Source of the DNA: Candidatus Eiseniibacteriota bacterium
GTDB lineage: Bacteria > Eisenbacteria > RBG-16-71-46
Assembly: GCA_044223005.1 (NCBI GenBank)
Contig: JBGAML010000011.1
Coordinates: 73,169 to 137,168 of the forward strand
Length of the DNA stretch: 64,000 nt
Reading direction: 5' to 3'
The notes beneath the pieces are model-generated. The model was not told the DNA's origin, did no database searches, and was given only the letters and a program-made list of their open reading frames with translations. The first letter of the stretch is position 1. Each line of letters opens with the position of its first letter. The position numbers and the translations under genes are program-made. Shown piece after piece: positions 62,376-64,000 of this stretch.

Positions 62376-63181
62376 TTCGCGCGCTCCTTGGACGCCGCTT
62401 CCAGGGCGGCCACCTGCTTCGGGGAGTAGTGGAGCATGCGCTCCCAGCGCCGCTTCACGAGCAGCGAGAGCGTCGAGCGGATGGTCTTCACGACCTTCAT
62501 CTTGCTCTGGCCCACGCGCTCGCCGTAGTCGAGCACGAAGCCCATCTCGTCGACCTTCACGTCGAGCGGCCCCAGCCGCAGCAGCAGGTCCATCACCGCC
62601 TCGAAGCCGCGGGCGGTGCAGAGCTGGTCGCCGTAGACCGCGCGCGCGCGGCGGAGCAGGGGGATCCGGTAGGCGCGGAAGCAGCAGGTGTAGTCCTTCA
62701 CGCCGGGGATCGGGTAGATCGTCGAGAACAGCACGCTCGCGACGTCCGAGAGCGCGCGCCGGTAGCCGGGCACGCCGTGCACCTCGGCGCCCGCGCGGTA
62801 GCGCGAGGCGATGCTGAGGTCGGCGCCCGAGCGCACGCGCTTCACGAGGTCGGGAATGAGCTTCGGCGGGTGCGTGTTGTCCGCGTCGAGCGTGACCAGG
62901 ATGTCGTCGTCGGCCGCGTGGTCGAGCACCCAGTAGATGCCGGTGCGCAGGCCCGCGCCGAGGCCCTTGTTCACCTCGTGCGAGAGCACCTGCAGCTTGA
63001 GCTCGCCACCGCTCTCGGCGACCGCGGCCTGCGCCTCGGCGACCGTGCGGTCGGTCGAGCCGTCGTCCACGAGCACGGCGGTATAGGGCTCGTTCGAGCC
63101 CCGGTACGCCTTCCAGAGCTCGAGCAGCGTCGGACGGATGACCTTCTCTTCGTTCCAGGCCGGGAAGATGACCCAGATCAC
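62372..63181 (-). CDS. GT2 polyprenol-phosphate glycosyltransferase (DPM1-like)
   Basis: PAWNEE, VDDGSTDRT, NKGLG, LDADNTH, ASRY, DYTCCFRAY. Confidence 0.92.
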   Translation of the reverse strand: MIWVIFPAWNEEKVIRPTLLELWKAYRGSNEPYTAVLVDDGSTDRTVAEAQAAVAESGGELKLQVLSHEVNKGLGAGLRTGIYWVLDHAADDDILVTLDADNTHPPKLIPDLVKRVRSGADLSIASRYRAGAEVHGVPGYRRALSDVASVLFSTIYPIPGVKDYTCCFRAYRIPLLRRARAVYGDQLCTARGFEAVMDLLLRLGPLDVKVDEMGFVLDYGERVGQSKMKVVKTIRSTLSLLVKRRWERMLHYSPKQVAALEAASKERAK

Positions 63182-64000
63182 GCGCGACCTCCTGCGGCAC
63201 CGTTGGCCGCCACTTCCTCGAACAGGCGGGGCATCATCGCATCGACGAGCTCACAGCACGAGTTCCACGAGTTGACTCGCGGGTACACCTGCGCGGTGCA
63301 GGCGAGGTAGAGACGCCCCGGGATGACGCTGTGGGGCGGCACCCGCTGCGCGTAGCCCGTGGTCCAGATGGGCTCCACGTACGGTGCGCGGAAGACGCGC
63401 GTGTCGGTGACGTGCGCCGCCGCCTTCGGGAACAGCGCCGCGAGGTCGGCCTTGTAGCGGGCGACCAGCGACGCGTCGTCCAGCTTGAACAGGTCCGTGT
63501 CGCGGTGCGTGTAGTTGACGAGGTAGTTCACGTGCTGGCCGTGCGCGCGCTCGAGCGGCACGAGGTTGCTCATCTCGATCACGCCCTGCGACAGCGCACC
63601 CGAGTCCACCCACGGCATCCAGTAGTAGTGGGTGAGGGGCACGTCGGTGAAGAAGATCGCGCTGATCACGCCCTGGTAGTCGAGCTTCAGGTCGGCGACC
63701 GGCGAGGGCACGGGCAGCGTGCGCGTGAGCTTCTGGAAATGCGAGAGCGGCGAGGTGCAGACCACGAAGTCGAACGTGCCGCCGTCACCACCTTCGAGCT
63801 GGACGTGCATGCCGGCGGCGTCCTGCGTGATGCCGGCCACGCGCGTGTTCAACCGGATCTCGACGCCGCGCTTGCGCAGCTCCGTCGCGAACGCGTCGAT
63901 CAGCGAGCGATAGCCGGCGGTGAGGCAGCCCTTGCGCTCGGGCCCGCTGCTCTTCTCGCGGTTCATGCGGCTCGAGAGCCACAGCGCCGGCAGCGCCGCG
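63178..64000 (-). CDS. FAD-dependent oxidoreductase (amine oxidase/HemY-like), 5' truncated by window
   Basis: GYRSLIDAF...GVEIRLNTRV...FDFVVCT; coupled to the GT2 gene. Confidence 0.7.
   Translation of the reverse strand, partial: AALPALWLSSRMNREKSSGPERKGCLTAGYRSLIDAFATELRKRGVEIRLNTRVAGITQDAAGMHVQLEGGDGGTFDFVVCTSPLSHFQKLTRTLPVPSPVADLKLDYQGVISAIFFTDVPLTHYYWMPWVDSGALSQGVIEMSNLVPLERAHGQHVNYLVNYTHRDTDLFKLDDASLVARYKADLAALFPKAAAHVTDTRVFRAPYVEPIWTTGYAQRVPPHSVIPGRLYLACTAQVYPRVNSWNSCCELVDAMMPRLFEEVAANGAAGGRA

Noticed and set aside
59719..64000. Glycosylation operon as a novel system
   Set aside because: Common GT2/GT39/WecB/FAD oxidoreductase combination and truncated by the window edge

Overview
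High-GC (roughly 70% by eye) bacterial window. Gene content (secreted proteins with T9SS/FlgD-like C-terminal tails, CHAT-ECF module, DUF5916, Wzi) resembles FCB-group candidate lineages such as Ca. Eisenbacteria; this is an inference. About 45 genes: orphan trpA, PP2C phosphatase, a regulatory island at 4.7-14.2 kb, polysaccharide-related genes, a lower-GC patch with an IS3 remnant, two tandem M13 peptidases (junction corrupted by a 19-G run), a CHAT protease/ECF sigma/anti-sigma/FG-GAP module, tex, wzi, valS, carbonic anhydrase, Ser/Thr kinase, aquaporin, MsrPQ-like pair, pirin, rsgA, a secreted PLD nuclease-like protein, DUF5916, an HNH remnant, a Met gamma-lyase-like gene and a glycosylation operon. 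Best candidates for undescribed systems: (1) a flagellar-type sigma54-to-sigma28 cascade (CsrA, FlgM-like, HK, bEBP, FlhG, FliA) with no flagellar structural genes in the window, carrying a stand-alone DHp protein, a stand-alone sigma region 4 protein, a degenerate GGDEF, clustered C-terminal -AA putative degrons and two matching sigma28 promoters, one driving an unannotated 18-aa peptide; (2) an exported CHAT protease/ECF/anti-sigma module whose promoter motif TGTGA-N18-KGTC can be read from the sequence; (3) a leader-peptide attenuator upstream of rsgA. No rRNA, tRNA or CRISPR array was seen. All family calls are from motif recognition, not database searches.
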